A stretch of 64,000 bases of DNA from Blepharisma stoltei ATCC 30299 (lineage: Eukaryota; Protista; Ciliophora), in NCBI GenBank assembly GCA_965603825.1, contig CBFDEM010000021.1, positions 372,001 through 436,000 on the forward strand. The letters are read 5' to 3'. Below the pieces are notes generated by a model. The model saw only the letters and a list, made by a program, of their open reading frames with translations. It had not been told where the DNA came from and did no database searches. The stretch's first letter is position 1. Each line of letters starts with the position of its first letter. The translations under genes and the position numbers were made by a program. Shown here piece by piece: positions 12,495 through 26,500 of this stretch.

Positions 12495-14513
12495 TTAATT
12501 AGAAGCTTGGCCAGCAGAAACAGTGAATAATTTTATTGCGCTTAAGTCAAATATAGGAAGGATTTGACCCCTGATGTAAATAGTTCCCCATAATAGTGAT
12601 GTAAGCCATCCTAAAATCTGCTTTGTGCCATGGAATTTTCTGAAAAATAAAGCATGTGGAACTGGAAAAATTCCTACCATTGTGCTTTCAGATAAAAAGT
12701 CTATGACTTCGATGTCTGTCGTTTGGGTGTTTAAGGTGCATAATTTTTCTATTCTTGGGAGCATATCACGGTATAACGTAATTATTAACCCAATAGGCAA
12801 ATCGTTTTTCCATTTCCTGAATCAATCTTCATTAATATCCCAGCTGCTATCACTTGGATGCTCATATTTCATATTCACCAACTTATCAAAAGAATTCTTA
12901 TTGCTTATAAGCAAATAAATCAGGCTAGCGCTTCCATCCCATTGGCACTGAAGTCTATGATTAAAAACTTCCAAAATTTGATATAAATATCCATAATTTC
13001 CAGACTCTTTATATAAAAATTTTTTCGCTGCAAAATGCTCAAAAATCGCAAAAAGCTTTAAGGCTGAAGAATTGCTGATTTTTTTCACATATGCTGAATG
13101 ATTAAGGACAATTATCATCAAAGTAGAAATCGCTTCTATTAAGTAGCTTTGGTTTATAATAATATTGTGTGCAATCCCTATAATTAAATCATAATAATTT
13201 TCAGCGCCTGGAATGTCTATATTTAGATGTCCATCATATGGCTCAGCTACTTTTATCGAATACTCCCTTTCACTTGAAAAATGAAGCAAGATAAAAATGC
13301 AAAGCTGTGCAACCCCCACTTTTCCTGACTTGTCTTTTAAATTTCATATAGAAAAAATAAGTGAATCAAGAATTCCAAAAATCTTTTTCTTTTTAATCAA
13401 ATATTTTTCAAAATTTTGATTATTGCCTATAACCTGTCATAGTAAAACCACTAACTCTTGATAAAATGGCACTTCTGCAATAGAGCTAAATAAATAAGAA
13501 GAGTTATAAGCGACTACTGTATTAAGCTGCTCACTGAAGCATTCTACAATAAACTTAAAATGCGATGGGTCATTTATTTCACTTAAATAAGTAGCAAAAG
13601 CATTCTCCAGCTTCAAAGGAGAAAGTTCAGCAGAAAATCCTTGCAGTTCTGAATGCAAATTTTGCAAGCTTTCGTAAATTCCTTTTAGCTCCCAATTTTC
13701 TTGTATTTGTTGAGGAGTTGGAGTTTTAGAGTCTAAAAGCATAATTAGTACTTGACTTGATAAAGAAGCTTCTTTTTCTACCATTCCTAAAGGATCAGAA
13801 AGTGCAGCATTAAATCTATCAGTGGGATAAGCAAAAACAGTATTTAGCAAGCTAAAAAAAAGTTCTTTACTATATCTCATCTCATTAGAAGTTATCATTC
13901 ATGCTCAAGGATTCACATAAGTCCCAGCATTATTTATATCTGTGTATAAAGTTTGACAGCAGCAAGCTAAAATTGCTCTGAGTATTTCGACACGATTTTC
14001 ATTCATCAGAATTGTTGAGTAATGCATCTCTCCAGAAATAAAGCCAGAATTCCAGCATCGATTTGGGTCAAATTCATAAGGACTGACGCTACTCTGATAA
14101 CTTATACTGAAATTGTGGGTGAATAATAAGCCCATAAGTCCATCAACAATTTCAAAGCCTAACCCATTTTCATATATCAGATTTTTAGTTTCTTCTGTTT
14201 CTAGTAGAATAGGAAGCAGTTTTGAGATAATTCTTAAGGAGTTGAGAACAATGATTCTTTCACACTCAGTTTCTTGTTTAGAAACACATTGGATTATATT
14301 TGTGGCTAATCTAAGCATGTTTGCCAAATTTGTAGGCTGCTTATTTAAGAGTTCTTTAACGAAGGCTGGGGTGATTTCAAAATAAATATCTTCAGCTTTT
14401 TCAGGGACTTTAAATATGTCAATTCAATAGTTTTCGTCCAATTCACTTGCAGTGTTCGTGAGCATTTTATCAATTGTTTCTCTGAAAGTCGACCTACTGT
14501 TGCTATTCCCCAT
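12495..14513 (-). CDS. HID1: HID1 (dymeclin/HID-1 family) Golgi trafficking protein (672 aa)
   Basis: N-terminus MGNSNSRSTFRETI (myristoylation-type); C-terminus VPHALFFRKF...WLTSLLWGTIYIR...IKLFTV; four track ORFs share one frame joined by TGA. Confidence 0.88.
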
Positions 14514-14619
14514 TTATAAATTATTTTAGCATTTTTTACTGCAGTATAGCTACGTAAACGCCAATTTTGGGCTAAATTTTTCATTTATCCATTTTAGGTA
14601 AAGAATAATCATACCTGAG

Positions 14620-16146
14620 ATGGTGTCCAAAACAGATTATTATGAGCTGCTCGGTGTGACCACTTCAGCCACCCCTGATGAACTGAAGCTTGCATATCGT
14701 AAAAAAGCACTAGAATGGCACCCTGATAAGAATCCTGATAGAATAGATGAAGCTCATGACATGTTCAAAGCGATCAACGAGGCTTATCAAGTTCTTTCAG
14801 ATACTCAGGAAAGGGCATGGTATGATTCTCATAAAGATGAAATCCTAACTGGAAATAAGACTGAAGAGATGGATCTTTGGCCTTATTTTTCAGAGGCTGC
14901 ATTTCCAGGAGGCTTCACTGATGAAGCAGATGGCTTTTTTACTGTTTATAGGGAACTTTTTGAAAATATTGGCTTAAAGGAAAACAGTGAGGCAAAAAAT
15001 AAAAACGAAGTGCAACAAAGGCCAAAGTTTGGAAATTCCACATCTTCCATTGAAGAGGTAAAGGAATTTTATAATTTTTGGACACATTTTTCAACGATCA
15101 GAGAGTTCACATGGGCTGATGCTTATAACCCTGCAGAAGCGCCGAACAGAAACATAAGAAGACTTATTGATGCTGAAAATAAAAAAGAAAGAAATAAAGA
15201 GAAACGAGCTTTTAATGAAATGGTCAGAGATCTCGTTGCATATTTAAAGAAAAGAGACTCAAGATGGATGAATTACCAAGAAGAACTAAGAAACGAAAAA
15301 ATTAGAAAGGCAAATGAAGAAGAACAAAAAAAGAAGGAAGAAACCGCAAAAAAGAAAGAAATTATGGAACAGTTCAGAAAAGAGCAAGCTGAAAGATACG
15401 CTAGAGAATATGAGGAAAAACTGAAAAGAGAAATGGATGAAAACGGAGAAGCTGCTGAATATAGCAGTGAAGAAGAAGTGATTTATCTATGCGAGCTCTG
15501 CAAAAAAAACTTTAAGACTGAAAAGCAGCTTCATAACCATGAAAACTCGAAAATGCACAAACAAAAGCTTCAGCAGCTACAAAAGGAAGAAGAAGAGACC
15601 AAAATCCCTCCTGAAGAAATCAAAAACGAAGAAATTCCCAAAAAGAAAAATAAAAAAAATAAAAAAGAGCAAAAAGAAGAGATTGTCATGCCAAAAGAAG
15701 AGGTAAAAGAAGAATCTGAAGAAGAAACTGAAGATCCTCATGAAAATGAAGCAGACCATATGCATAAGCTGCTTAAAAATAGACAAGCATTTGCAGAAGA
15801 GCATGAAGAAAGCTCAGAAGACGAAAGAGGGAAAAAAAAGAAAAAAAATAAAGTTGAAGAAACTAAAGATGAAGTTTTAATACCTGAGAGAAAAGTCGGT
15901 AAGGCCAAACAAAAGAGAAATAAAAAAGAAGCCAAAAACGAGCCCAAAGTGCCTGAGGAAGCTGAAGAAGTTGAAGAGAAGCAGGAAGAAGAACAAAAGA
16001 AAGGCAAAGCAAAGCTCAAAAGAGAAAAAAAAGCACAAAATCAAAACTCGTCTGAGTTTAAATGTAGGACATGTGGGAGCGACTGTGGTTCGAAGAATAA
16101 ATTATTTTCACATTTGAAAGAAACAGGCCATGCTATTGCTAAATAA
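14620..16146 (+). CDS. DNAJC21: DnaJ protein with C2H2 zinc fingers, DNAJC21/Jjj1 family
   Basis: J domain ([14 protein letters not shown]), [17 protein letters not shown]...HENSKMH, CRTC...[15 protein letters not shown]. Confidence 0.93.
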   Translation: MVSKTDYYELLGVTTSATPDELKLAYRKKALEWHPDKNPDRIDEAHDMFKAINEAYQVLSDTQERAWYDSHKDEILTGNKTEEMDLWPYFSEAAFPGGFTDEADGFFTVYRELFENIGLKENSEAKNKNEVQQRPKFGNSTSSIEEVKEFYNFWTHFSTIREFTWADAYNPAEAPNRNIRRLIDAENKKERNKEKRAFNEMVRDLVAYLKKRDSRWMNYQEELRNEKIRKANEEEQKKKEETAKKKEIMEQFRKEQAERYAREYEEKLKREMDENGEAAEYSSEEEVIYLCELCKKNFKTEKQLHNHENSKMHKQKLQQLQKEEEETKIPPEEIKNEEIPKKKNKKNKKEQKEEIVMPKEEVKEESEEETEDPHENEADHMHKLLKNRQAFAEEHEESSEDERGKKKKKNKVEETKDEVLIPERKVGKAKQKRNKKEAKNEPKVPEEAEEVEEKQEEEQKKGKAKLKREKKAQNQNSSEFKCRTCGSDCGSKNKLFSHLKETGHAIAK

Positions 16147-16178
16147 TTTTTCAACAGAAAATTAATTAATTAGTTCTA

Positions 16179-16964
16179 CTATAGTAGATGCCGAGCCCTG
16201 ATACCTAGGCTAATATTCGGTTCCCGAAATAGCGAGCTATGCCGCGTATGATCGAACCTCTTCAGAGAACGCTGCCTTTGAGGCAAAATATTATCAAACG
16301 CTATCATTTGAGCATTTAATATTTTCGGTGTTTTAGAGTTTTCTGATATTTTTTTCGGTGAATCGTGCTGCTTAAACGAATATACAGCTCTTGGAATTAC
16401 AACCACTTTTTTAGGTGATTTAAATACTGGAAAAGGCCCATCACTCTTTTCTACAGGATCCAGAAATACTGGCTGTCTGCATGAGTCAAAATTCCCTTGA
16501 GAATTTGTGTTTCTCTTTAAAACTTTTTGTAGCCTTTCTCTTGTTTTGATTTCAATTTGCCGTAAATTTTTATATACACTGTTGGCTGGCTTTAAATCTT
16601 CAGAAGAACTTGATGGCTTTGGAGAAGAGCTTGTTTTTATTTGAATTTCAGAGACAGGCTGGAAGTATTCAATTTCTTCATCTGACATGGTTTGAGTTTC
16701 TTGTGATGACATTTCAGGGGAGGGAGTTCAGAAGTTTTTACGGGTTTTTCTTTTATCAGGGGTATGGGAATTTATGTTTGGAAGCTTGGGGATTTCCAAT
16801 CTGTTTGATTTGCCTGGAATAATTTGATCAGGTGTTTCAGCAGTTCATCTTCGAGACTTTCTGGGGTGAATTGGGGCATCCTTTCATCGATCTGATTTTT
16901 GTAGTTTGGTCAAATTTTTGAGCGAAACTTTGGATCTTTTGAGTTGGAAGCTATCATTATTCAT
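16179..16964 (-). CDS. Hypothetical low-complexity Ser/Pro/Lys-rich protein (261 aa)
   Basis: Frame extends from the ATG at 16964 through three TGA(Trp) into track ORF 16179..16712; ends TAG. Confidence 0.7.
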
Positions 16965-17199
16965 TTCTAGGAGATAAAATTTGCATAATTAAATATTAAT
17001 TTTCTTCTTATATTTTCATAAATACTTAGCTTCAACTCATATCTTGATATATCAAGTGAAAATAATTAATTTCTGCTTGAAATCTGTATGAAAATAAAAA
17101 TTTGATATGAATTGGAAGTTTCTGAAATATAAGATACATGAATTGCTTATGAAATTTACTGACATATATAACTCATTCAAATGTTGTAATTATAAATAA

Positions 17200-17727
17200 A
17201 TGGTCGGCTGGGGAATAGACTCAATTCTATCAGGAAGATTCATGAAAATCTTCAGGATGGAAGGCTTTATAAGAACTCTCGAAAGAGGCAGAATTGTGCG
17301 TTTTAGAAATATCACTGATCATGTAGGCTCAAGAGGAGTGGCAAAGTGCGTTGGGCAGGATTCTTATGGAAATCGTTATTACGAAGACTTTCATGGCGAC
17401 GACTGTAACGAAAGCTTTGTCTGTCAGCGGTGGGTGGAATATGCTGACAGGCATGATATGTGGCAGACAGGCAGAAAAGTTCCAGCAGAATGGCACGCAT
17501 GGCTTCATAGAATCAATGACGACGTGCCTTCTCCTGACAACTCTAACTATCATCATCCAATCTATAAGAGAAAACATCTTCCAAACCAATCTGGTCTTCC
17601 TGGTGCAACTGTTCCTCTTGGAGATGGTAGACACGAATACGCCAAACAATTCCAAACCTATATCAAATCAAGAATCTATACCTCATGGGAGCCTCAAGAA
17701 AACGCTCCGAAAAAGAGGTATGACTAA
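17200..17727 (+). CDS. NDUFA12: NADH:ubiquinone oxidoreductase subunit A12 (B17.2)
   Basis: VGQDSYGNRYYE, RWVEY, VPAEWHAWLH, W-x-P near the C-terminus. Confidence 0.93.
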   Translation: MVGWGIDSILSGRFMKIFRMEGFIRTLERGRIVRFRNITDHVGSRGVAKCVGQDSYGNRYYEDFHGDDCNESFVCQRWVEYADRHDMWQTGRKVPAEWHAWLHRINDDVPSPDNSNYHHPIYKRKHLPNQSGLPGATVPLGDGRHEYAKQFQTYIKSRIYTSWEPQENAPKKRYD

Positions 17728-17770
17728 TATTTAGCAAACTAAACTAAATAGAATTCAAAAAAATTAATAA

Positions 17771-18595
17771 ATGTTATCTGACCAAACAAATGAAGCATCT
17801 ACTACTTCTAGCTCCAGCTTAATTTGTGAAGAACTCGGCCATCTTCCAAAGACACTCCGAACCGAGCTGATTCCTTTTGAACTGAAATACACAAGCATCG
17901 AAAAGTAATATCTAGATAGGGCCAAGCTTTTAGAAAAGCTGAAAGAAGCAAGAAATGAGCTGATCAAAGCAAAAGCAAAGCGAGAAGAGCGAAAAGATAA
18001 GTACAGCTCACTGCAAAATGAAGTCGAAGAATTGAAAAAGAAGCTTGAAGTCGTTAGGGAAGAAAGAGACCAAGCCATTGGCGAAAGGTTCATGATGAAA
18101 GCTAAGATCTTAGAACAGGATACGTACCATGACATAATCAAGAACAATTTGCAACTTGAAGAGAAATTGGTTCAGATTAAATTAGAACACGCCACACTAT
18201 CTCAGGAACTTGAGTCCTCGTTGGACGACTTGGAATGTCTAAAATCACTTGTGAAGATCAGAGATAATGAGCTATTACACATTTCAAAGGAAATGGAAAA
18301 AGCGATTAAGCAGAAAGATTTGTTGAATGAAAAGCTAGGAAACTACCCATCACCTATGAACCAGAAATTAGCACCGAAAGGGCGATTTGGAGTTTCCTCA
18401 ATAGCGCATATTGGTTCTATGTTTTCAAAGCCGCCAATTACTTCTGGTTTATCTCTTAGAGTAGACAATCCGAAAATTTTGCCTGCAAATAACAGAATTA
18501 TAAAGAGTAGGATTGATCTTGATCAAGGAAGCAAGGATTGAAGTTCTGCAAAGTCGTTCAAAGCAAAAGAAGAAAATACTTCGTCGTTGAATTAA
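17771..18595 (+). CDS. Coiled-coil protein (about 269 aa, 1 intron)
   Basis: ATG at 17771; intron 17905-17919; E/K/L heptad-rich; reads through TGA at 18539 to TAA at 18593-18595. Confidence 0.75.
17905..17919 (+). other. 15-nt intron
   Basis: GTAATATCTAGATAG; contains an in-frame TAA, and the frame is open on both sides. Confidence 0.82.
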
Positions 18596-19428
18596 TAGCA
18601 CTAAATATATAAATATTTTCTAATAGATTGACATAAAAATTTTGAAGAGAAGTTTGCATAGACAGATTGAAATGATTTCATATCCCCAAATCCTCAAATT
18701 TTTATTACGATATATAATACAAGTAAAATTATGATTCTTCTTTTAACAAAGAGCGCATCGATTTTATGGCTTCTTATAAACAGATTATTGAGTTATAATT
18801 TATGGCAATTCAATTAAACAAAAACTTTTAAAATATGCAAATATGCGTGGTATCGGTGATCAAATCTATTAATTGGAAATTAATTTAAAATTCACTCAAC
18901 AACAACTTTTCTACTGACTATAATGCTTTAAATAATAATAATTTTTTTTACGTCATTTGTGGTAAAAATTTAGATAATTGGACTTAGTTAGATTGCACCA
19001 ACTTATTTCTTTAGTATTGATGCATCTAAGAGCTTCCTTAGATAATCTTTAATATTTTAACCAATATATTTATGTGAACTTTATATTTTTTTGGATATCT
19101 TCAATGATTTAAATAATTTATAAAGTAATTTCGTGACAGATGCAGGAATTAGAGATTTTATTTTCTCTATAGAGAATTTGAAATACTTATTATTGTAAAG
19201 ACACGAATTCCAATTTATATAATTTTTGCCGCTTATAGATAAATATAATTAAGAGTATAATCAAAACATACATTTTATTAAGGATTAATAGGCGAAAGCT
19301 TTAAATAAAAATAAATTATAGAGAGATGAATGATAAGACCAAAGTTCAAATATATTGTATGGATCGTCACCATTTTCTTCACCTGCCCTATGCATAATTT
19401 GTTGACAAAATTATCTTCTAATAAAAAT

Positions 19429-20436
19429 ATGAGCCTTCTTTTATTGCTCGGTTTCTTTATTTCTTCAACACTTGCTTATCGGGTCGTTCCGCACTATACC
19501 GTAAGTCTTAATGATCCTCCATCAACCAGATGGGCCCACGTCCAAGCTCCATACGCTTCTGTAATCAAGCCATTTGCTGAGAGCTACACCAAGCAGTATA
19601 TCTCACCTCTCAAGCTTAAGCTCTTGGTGGAGCTATTAGAGGTTGGCTGGATTTCTCCAGAACTCAAGGAGGAGCTTCAAGGATTGGCCCAGACCTGCAA
19701 CATCACTTATCATGAAGCAGTCTTTATAAACTACATGTATGAGTACCATGCATATTGCACCTCAATTGTGGCTAGACTCCAAAACGGCACAATTATCCAT
19801 GGAAGGAACTTAGACTATCACTTTATCGACTTCTTCGACAACACCACAGCAATTGTTGACTTTGTCAAGGACGGCCAGCTCATTTTTTCAGAAACCGCTT
19901 TCATTTGGTACTTTGGTGTAACTACTGGGATCAGCTCGAAAGGCTATTCAATTACCTTAAATGAAAGAAATTCCGGCTCTGCCTTTGACAACTATGTATC
20001 CTTGATGCGCGGCTTTAAAGGTGACTTATGGACTATCAGACAAGCATTAATCGACTCAAACACTTATCAAGAAGCCTATCAGTACTTGCATGATGCAAAA
20101 GTTGCAGCTCCAGTCTACTTCATTCTTGGCGGGTCAGGACCTAACGATGGATCTGTGATTGTAAGAGATAGAACTCATACAAATTATACTGAAGCCTTGA
20201 ATTCAACCACCTGGTTCTTGGTTCAGACTAATTATGATCCTTGGCTTCCTGACCCAACCGACGACCCAAGAAGGACCGTTGCTACTCAGTTGATGGAAGA
20301 AATTGGACAAGCTGATATGAACATTGATAGATTGTTCGATGTCTTGTCCACTGCCCCTGTCCTTAATGATGCGACAGTATTTACGACAGTGTTTGTTCCT
20401 GAAACTGGGTATCAAAACGCTACTATAAGAGGGTAA
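19429..20436 (+). CDS. NAAA: Acid ceramidase / N-acylethanolamine acid amidase (Ntn-hydrolase), secreted or lysosomal
   Basis: Signal peptide MSLLLLLGFFISSTLA (likely true start 19429), autocatalytic CTSIVA, HGRNLDY, TLNER, LVQTNYD, DPRR. Confidence 0.9.
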   Translation: MSLLLLLGFFISSTLAYRVVPHYTVSLNDPPSTRWAHVQAPYASVIKPFAESYTKQYISPLKLKLLVELLEVGWISPELKEELQGLAQTCNITYHEAVFINYMYEYHAYCTSIVARLQNGTIIHGRNLDYHFIDFFDNTTAIVDFVKDGQLIFSETAFIWYFGVTTGISSKGYSITLNERNSGSAFDNYVSLMRGFKGDLWTIRQALIDSNTYQEAYQYLHDAKVAAPVYFILGGSGPNDGSVIVRDRTHTNYTEALNSTTWFLVQTNYDPWLPDPTDDPRRTVATQLMEEIGQADMNIDRLFDVLSTAPVLNDATVFTTVFVPETGYQNATIRG

Positions 20437-20596
20437 TTAACCTTTCTTTAGCAAATGCTTAAAAATAATTATTAAATTGATAAGTTCATTTTTTTTTAAA
20501 ATACCAGAATTTTGGTATTTTCATTTTTGAATTTTTATTAAAAAATATTATATAAAAAAGATAAAATAGATTTTAGAAAATTTGATTATTCTAAGT

Positions 20597-23500
20597 TTAA
20601 ATAAAGACCAAAGCTGCAGCCCAGACGATTGATAATTCAAAAGCTGCATCTTTAATAAGAACAAGGGTAGGTCTTTTCTTCTCCGCAAGACAAATTATAC
20701 TTTGAATGTTGCTATCAGCCATTAAGTCAGGATCCAAAGGTCTATTATTTGCTCCCGTAAACCAAAATTCATAGTTTCCATTAGTAGCATTCTGGAAAGT
20801 AATGTTAACTGCGTTTATTGTTGAAATATCTATATCTTGGGAAATGTCCACTTTGTTGTTTGTTGAGTTAAAACCATTTGAGATTTGCCATGAATTTGGC
20901 ATTGCCTCTCCTAAAGGAAGTCCAATAACATAAATTTTCCCCAAGCCGTTAAGTTTTACATTGAACTTATATGTATCTGAGCTATTATAAACAAGGCTTG
21001 GAGATATAGAAAATAATGGAGCCTTATACGTAACTTCCAATGCATTAGAAGTAACTGAATAGTTTGTATCAAGATTAGGCAAGTGGTTTTTCAGTAAATC
21101 TAAATTGTTATCCAAAGTTTGGACATAGCTCAATGGGGATTGCATGTCTAAGCTTCTATTAGCCACCATTGTGATTTCATAGTATAAAATGCTGGTCAAT
21201 CTTCTATTGAATATATCATACGATGCTGGATCAATTCCTGTATGATAGAATAAAGAGGCTGGCAAAGCAAGTGTTCTAGACACAGCATCAATCACTTTGG
21301 ATGGAGAAGATAAAGATGTCGTGTAAACGTTAAATTTGGCTGGCTTGTAAGAAGCCGAGGTTGTGAAATATAAAGTTTTTATGGATTTGGAAGCAATTCC
21401 ATTGAGGCCCACAGCAGCAAATGATATCATATAATTAGTATTGTCGCGAAGGTCTGGAATTGATATCATGGAGCTTATAAGTTGAGGAGAGGTAAAAGAG
21501 GATCCAAATGCTTGATAATCATCATTATTTACTCTTACTTTCTTGATTATACTAGTTACGTTTGGAACTGCTGAGCCTGGATGGGTCAGCATATAATAAA
21601 CTGTGCCATATTGACTTAACGAAACTTTGGCTTCGGCATTAACCCTTCCTATTTTAGTCATGCTAGCACTTAAGATTTCAGGGACTTCTGTTGAAGATGA
21701 AGCAATGGCTAACACAGTTTTCGATTTTTGTAAATAGAAGCATGAAGAAGATGGCCCACTTATTTTAAAGTCAATAAAGGTAGAAACTGCTCCAGGCTTT
21801 GCTGTAATTGTGAATGATTTTTTATACTCTCCGTCATTGAAAGCTAAATTAAATGGGTCAAAAATAAAAGAATCTGGTGAATCCTCAGCAGACACAGAAA
21901 CTATTAGGTAGTCAGCAACAGGGCGCTCTAGTTCAACATTGATAGGCACTGTTGTTCCATTAATAGGTAAATCCCCAATATTATCTATAGAGATCTTATA
22001 AGTTTGAGTTTGTGGCAGCACATTCACAATGATATCCTTTGGAGTATAATAAGTAGCGGAGTTCGTAGAATCTGCTTCAATTTGCCAAGAAAGCGTGTAA
22101 TAGCCAGAGTTAAGACTAGACAGAGCTCCAATTCTGAAAGTTTTAGCTGTATCCCAGGCATATTGCATAGATATCTTTGATGGTGATAGCTTTAATTGGG
22201 AATTTGTAGTGGATAAGGTAAGACTTAGTGTGGTATATGACGGAAGCTGAAGGGTTACAGAAAGAAAATCTGAGTAAGTGCCTTGGAGAACAGAGACACT
22301 TGTAGGAGATGAAATGCTATAGCTGCTGTTGCTGAAGCTTAAAGATGGGATTTGGGTAAGCATAGGAAAAGATCGGTATTTTACATGTGTAGAATCAGCA
22401 AATCTCAGATAGAACCTTTCTGTGACTCCTGCTGAGTTTGGAGTGGGGATGTTAAACAGAGTAAGATTTACAATTGTGCTTGGGCTTTGAAGACTAGGAA
22501 GATTTGATATTTCAGTCCTGGTATACCCAGTATATGCTAAAAGTTTACAATCTAGCTTGTAAGTTGTAGAAGAATAGACCATATCTGCAGTGCAAGTCGT
22601 TTGAGTAAAGATTCTTGATATTTCTGTCGGCCAATCAATCCACACTACATCAGTCGCCAAAACAGTTTTACCAGATAAGTCAATTGAAAAAGTATAGGAG
22701 GTCAAAGTATTTAGAATTGATTGTTCTGCGTCTATTGAGTTGAGAGGAACAATATCAGCAGCGCGCGTTATATTAAAGACTAACGCATTTCCTGAATCGC
22801 CTAAGGCGACACCTGCAGTATTGTCAATTACAAAAATTTCCAAATAGCTTGTAAGCCCTGCAGATGGATTTCCAATTCCATACATGCTGATAGCGATTTC
22901 TCTATTCTCAGTGAGGTTGTAGTTTAGAATGCTAAAACTGACTTCTCTGTTTCCATTCAAATTGCAGTTTGTAAATGTCCCTGAAGAGCTGCATAAGAAT
23001 TTGACATCATTAGGGACTAGACCATCAGCGTATTCTTCTGGGAACCTAATTATAAGTCCAATGCTGTTACTTTTAGTTAAGCTAATATCAGTTTTGATCT
23101 TAAAGGTGTAATAGGCTTGTTCGCCACTATTTGTAGGGTAATAAGTTCAATTAGTAACTATAGCATTTGCAGGCTTTTGATAAATTTGCATACTGCTATT
23201 ATCAGACCTTGCAATTAGGGATTGATCATAATAAATGTTTGCATAAAATGGGCTTACTGTTTTACTAGTTGATCCTTGGTCGATTGTGATGGTCGGGTTG
23301 ATAACATTTGATAAATAAATATTAACTGTGCTATAAAGAGCCACAGTTTCAAGCGTTGTGAGTGTCACCTTAGAATTTTGAGCAGAGCAAGTGGACAGAA
23401 AGTCTGATGAACAGCTTATGGATGAACTTAGAGAATAAGAGTCGGGAAATCCAAGCACTACTTGAGTCCCAACTTGAAGCATGACAGGCATAAATATATT

Positions 23501-26500
23501 AAACGTATAAGTATCTGACACACCGATTGCTTTAAATCGAGCTTTTACTGTAAACTGTGAGCTTGGCTCAGAAACTTTGCTTGAAATTGTGACTCTATTT
23601 GTTAATTGGCTGAAAATGACTAAAAAGTTATTTGAGTCATAAGCATAAATTTTGAAGCCTTGCGATCCTGTTGAAGTGGCTCCAGTCTTGCTTGGGTTTT
23701 TCATTCCAGTTACAGTGATATCTATATTTCCACTATAGTCAGAAGTAAACCCAGATACCTGAATCACTCTGTCATAGACAGTGCATTGATATATTGATGA
23801 ACAAATAGGAACTGGGCTGCTATCACTAAATCTTGGAAACTCTGCAGGCATGTAAACTTGAAGATATCCTCCTTTAGGAATGGAAATGCTTGGGACAACA
23901 GTCATTGCAAGCTGGACATAGACTGCGCTAGCAGAGTAGTCTGATAAAGTAAGCACTGAAATTGCCGCCGTTTGAGCTGCCAGTCCAGGATTAGTTGAAA
24001 TGGCTGAAGTAGTAAAAACTTCTGCAACATTATTTGATTTTACTGTATAGTAGTTCACATAGCAGCTGGAACAAGTAAAAACTGATGCAGGATTTTTCAT
24101 GTTTTGCAGTTCAATAGAATAGGAATCTGCAGCAAGAGAGCTTGCACCTAAATATATAACTATTATGCCTGTCTGTGGATATAAGTTATATGAAAGACTA
24201 GATAAAATGTTTGATGCTCCTTTCTTTATATTCACAGTCAAGCCAGAGTCTGGGATAGGGTAAACTGATGGGAAAGTGATGGTAATTAAATCATTTGCAC
24301 TCAGCGCAGTTAAAATATTGAAACTTAAGGTTGCTGTGCATGTTGCTCCGACTGTATTTTGTGATAGAGATAAGGTTTGGGCTAGATTAGAGGTTTGGGT
24401 TGTAGTAGAAATAGCTGAAAGAGTCTTATAAGATATATCATAGATTCAAACGATTGTTCCATCTGAGTACGTTTGATATATCCCAACGCCAACCGTTGGC
24501 TTGTAAGCGTCAGTTGCTCCATTTTTAATTTTAGAGAAATGGATCTCTATAAGTGTGTTTGCCTGAATTTCTTGGAAATTGGTGATCGATATATACGAAT
24601 TGGATGGTCTGGTTAGAGTTGAGTCTCCCTTCGTAAAAATACACTTTAGGCTTTCACCTTCTTTCGGAAGGATTCCTAGGATCTTAGCGCAAGGAACAGA
24701 ATTTCCAGTGGAATAGTACCCTAAGTTATCTGAAAAGCTTTGGAAAATTTCGAAATTTATTTGTATAGTCCCTTGTGGTCCTGCTTCGTTTTTAACAGTA
24801 TTTGGATATCCAGGCGGAATATATTGCGATGTTGTGAAAGAAACCTTGAGGACAGTCGGATAATTCGTTTCTAAATTCGTTAAAGAAATTGATAGGTCTG
24901 CAAAAGTTGACGAAGGCGAGATATATAATGATGGAAATGAAATTTCAATAAGGCTGTTATCATACATAGCGTAGGCCTCTAGTTGATAATATCCTGGGGA
25001 ATCTGGAACTCTGAACCCATTCACAGTCTGCCCTGTTGTTGTTAATTGTAGAAACGCACACTGATTTTTGAAAAACCCAGAAAACTCACTGGTATCCTCT
25101 GATTGCAGCAAAACTTCTAATATATTTTGCTTTCATGTGCAGGACTTGGAAACAGGATGAGTGTAGTTTCGGCTTCAATATAGAGGAAAATTATTATAGT
25201 ATAAATCTCCTTCTCCAATTACACAATATGGATTGCCACCTGCAGGTCCAAAACCAGCTGGAAAACTGATATATAACGTTGTGCCCATCGGCAAATCAAT
25301 GTGAGGCTGGATCCTTAAATATATATCTCCTATTTCTCCTGCTCTGATTTTTCTTGAATAAAGATCAGTTGTCACTCAATCAACCCAAAAGTCATAAGTA
25401 CTAGAATAGCTTTGAACTGTCCCAAAAGACTGAGAAGTATCTTCCTGTGCAAATAAGCTTGTATCGGTTGAGTCATATAAGCGCACTTCTAAATTCCCTG
25501 CAGGCCCAGCAGTACTTGAAGATAAAGCACCTATAGAGACTTTTATATGAGATGCGTTATCATAATTAAAGTTTGTCAAAATCACATGTTTGCTTGCACA
25601 AGATGTTGACGTGCAATCACTTTTGCATGATAAAGGCGGAGTTGCTATTGTGGTTACTCCTGAATAAGATCTGCATTGGTAGTCTATGAACTGAAAAGAG
25701 GAAGGGAAAATGATGTCAACTCTTTTTAAAGGAGAGCTTGAAGAAACTGGAAGAATATCGATTGTATAAATATCGTAGTAGTTTTTAGGGATTGTGGATC
25801 CTTGCTGGTTTGTTATTGTCACGCTGGTGGGAGCTCGAGGATTGAAGGAATCTAACTTTATGGTATGAATTTCGATCAATACTTGCTTGGAGATAACGTA
25901 TAGAGTTAGAGTGTATTGCGAATTTTGATGATAATTTGCAGAAATAAAGCCTGTGTTCGAGTTTAAAGTAAGTGTTTTTCCATTAAGATTATATGTAGCA
26001 GATAAGGTGATATCAGTTGTTATTCATTGAGAGGATCCGAAAGATAATGATTTGCATGTAGCAGAACCATCACAGCTCCCTGCCACTTTATCTCCTGCAA
26101 ATGCTGGCAAATCGAATGCAGAGTCCATCATTAGAATATATGAGCCACCTGCAGCATCAACAGTGCCTGAAGGCGAAGAAAGAGTAATGACAATTCCATT
26201 ACTGGCAAAGTCAGTTAAAGTTAGAGTTGTTGAAGAAGTTGCAGTTGAATCTGATATCGAAGCTGGAGAAAAAGTGCTCAAGCTTTTATATAAAAATACA
26301 TCATCTTCATATTTAATCAAATCATAGTCGAAGTACTCTTTCACTATTGTTAGTTTTGCTATACAATTGAGGTCCTGTGAAAATATTGTATCAGCATCAA
26401 GAGTTGGATTTTTAATATTTGCAATTCTTATAGTTGAGCTCACTCCTGAGGTTATTGCTAATCCAGTAATTTCTATATTTACAGGGTTATAAGAAGTAGA

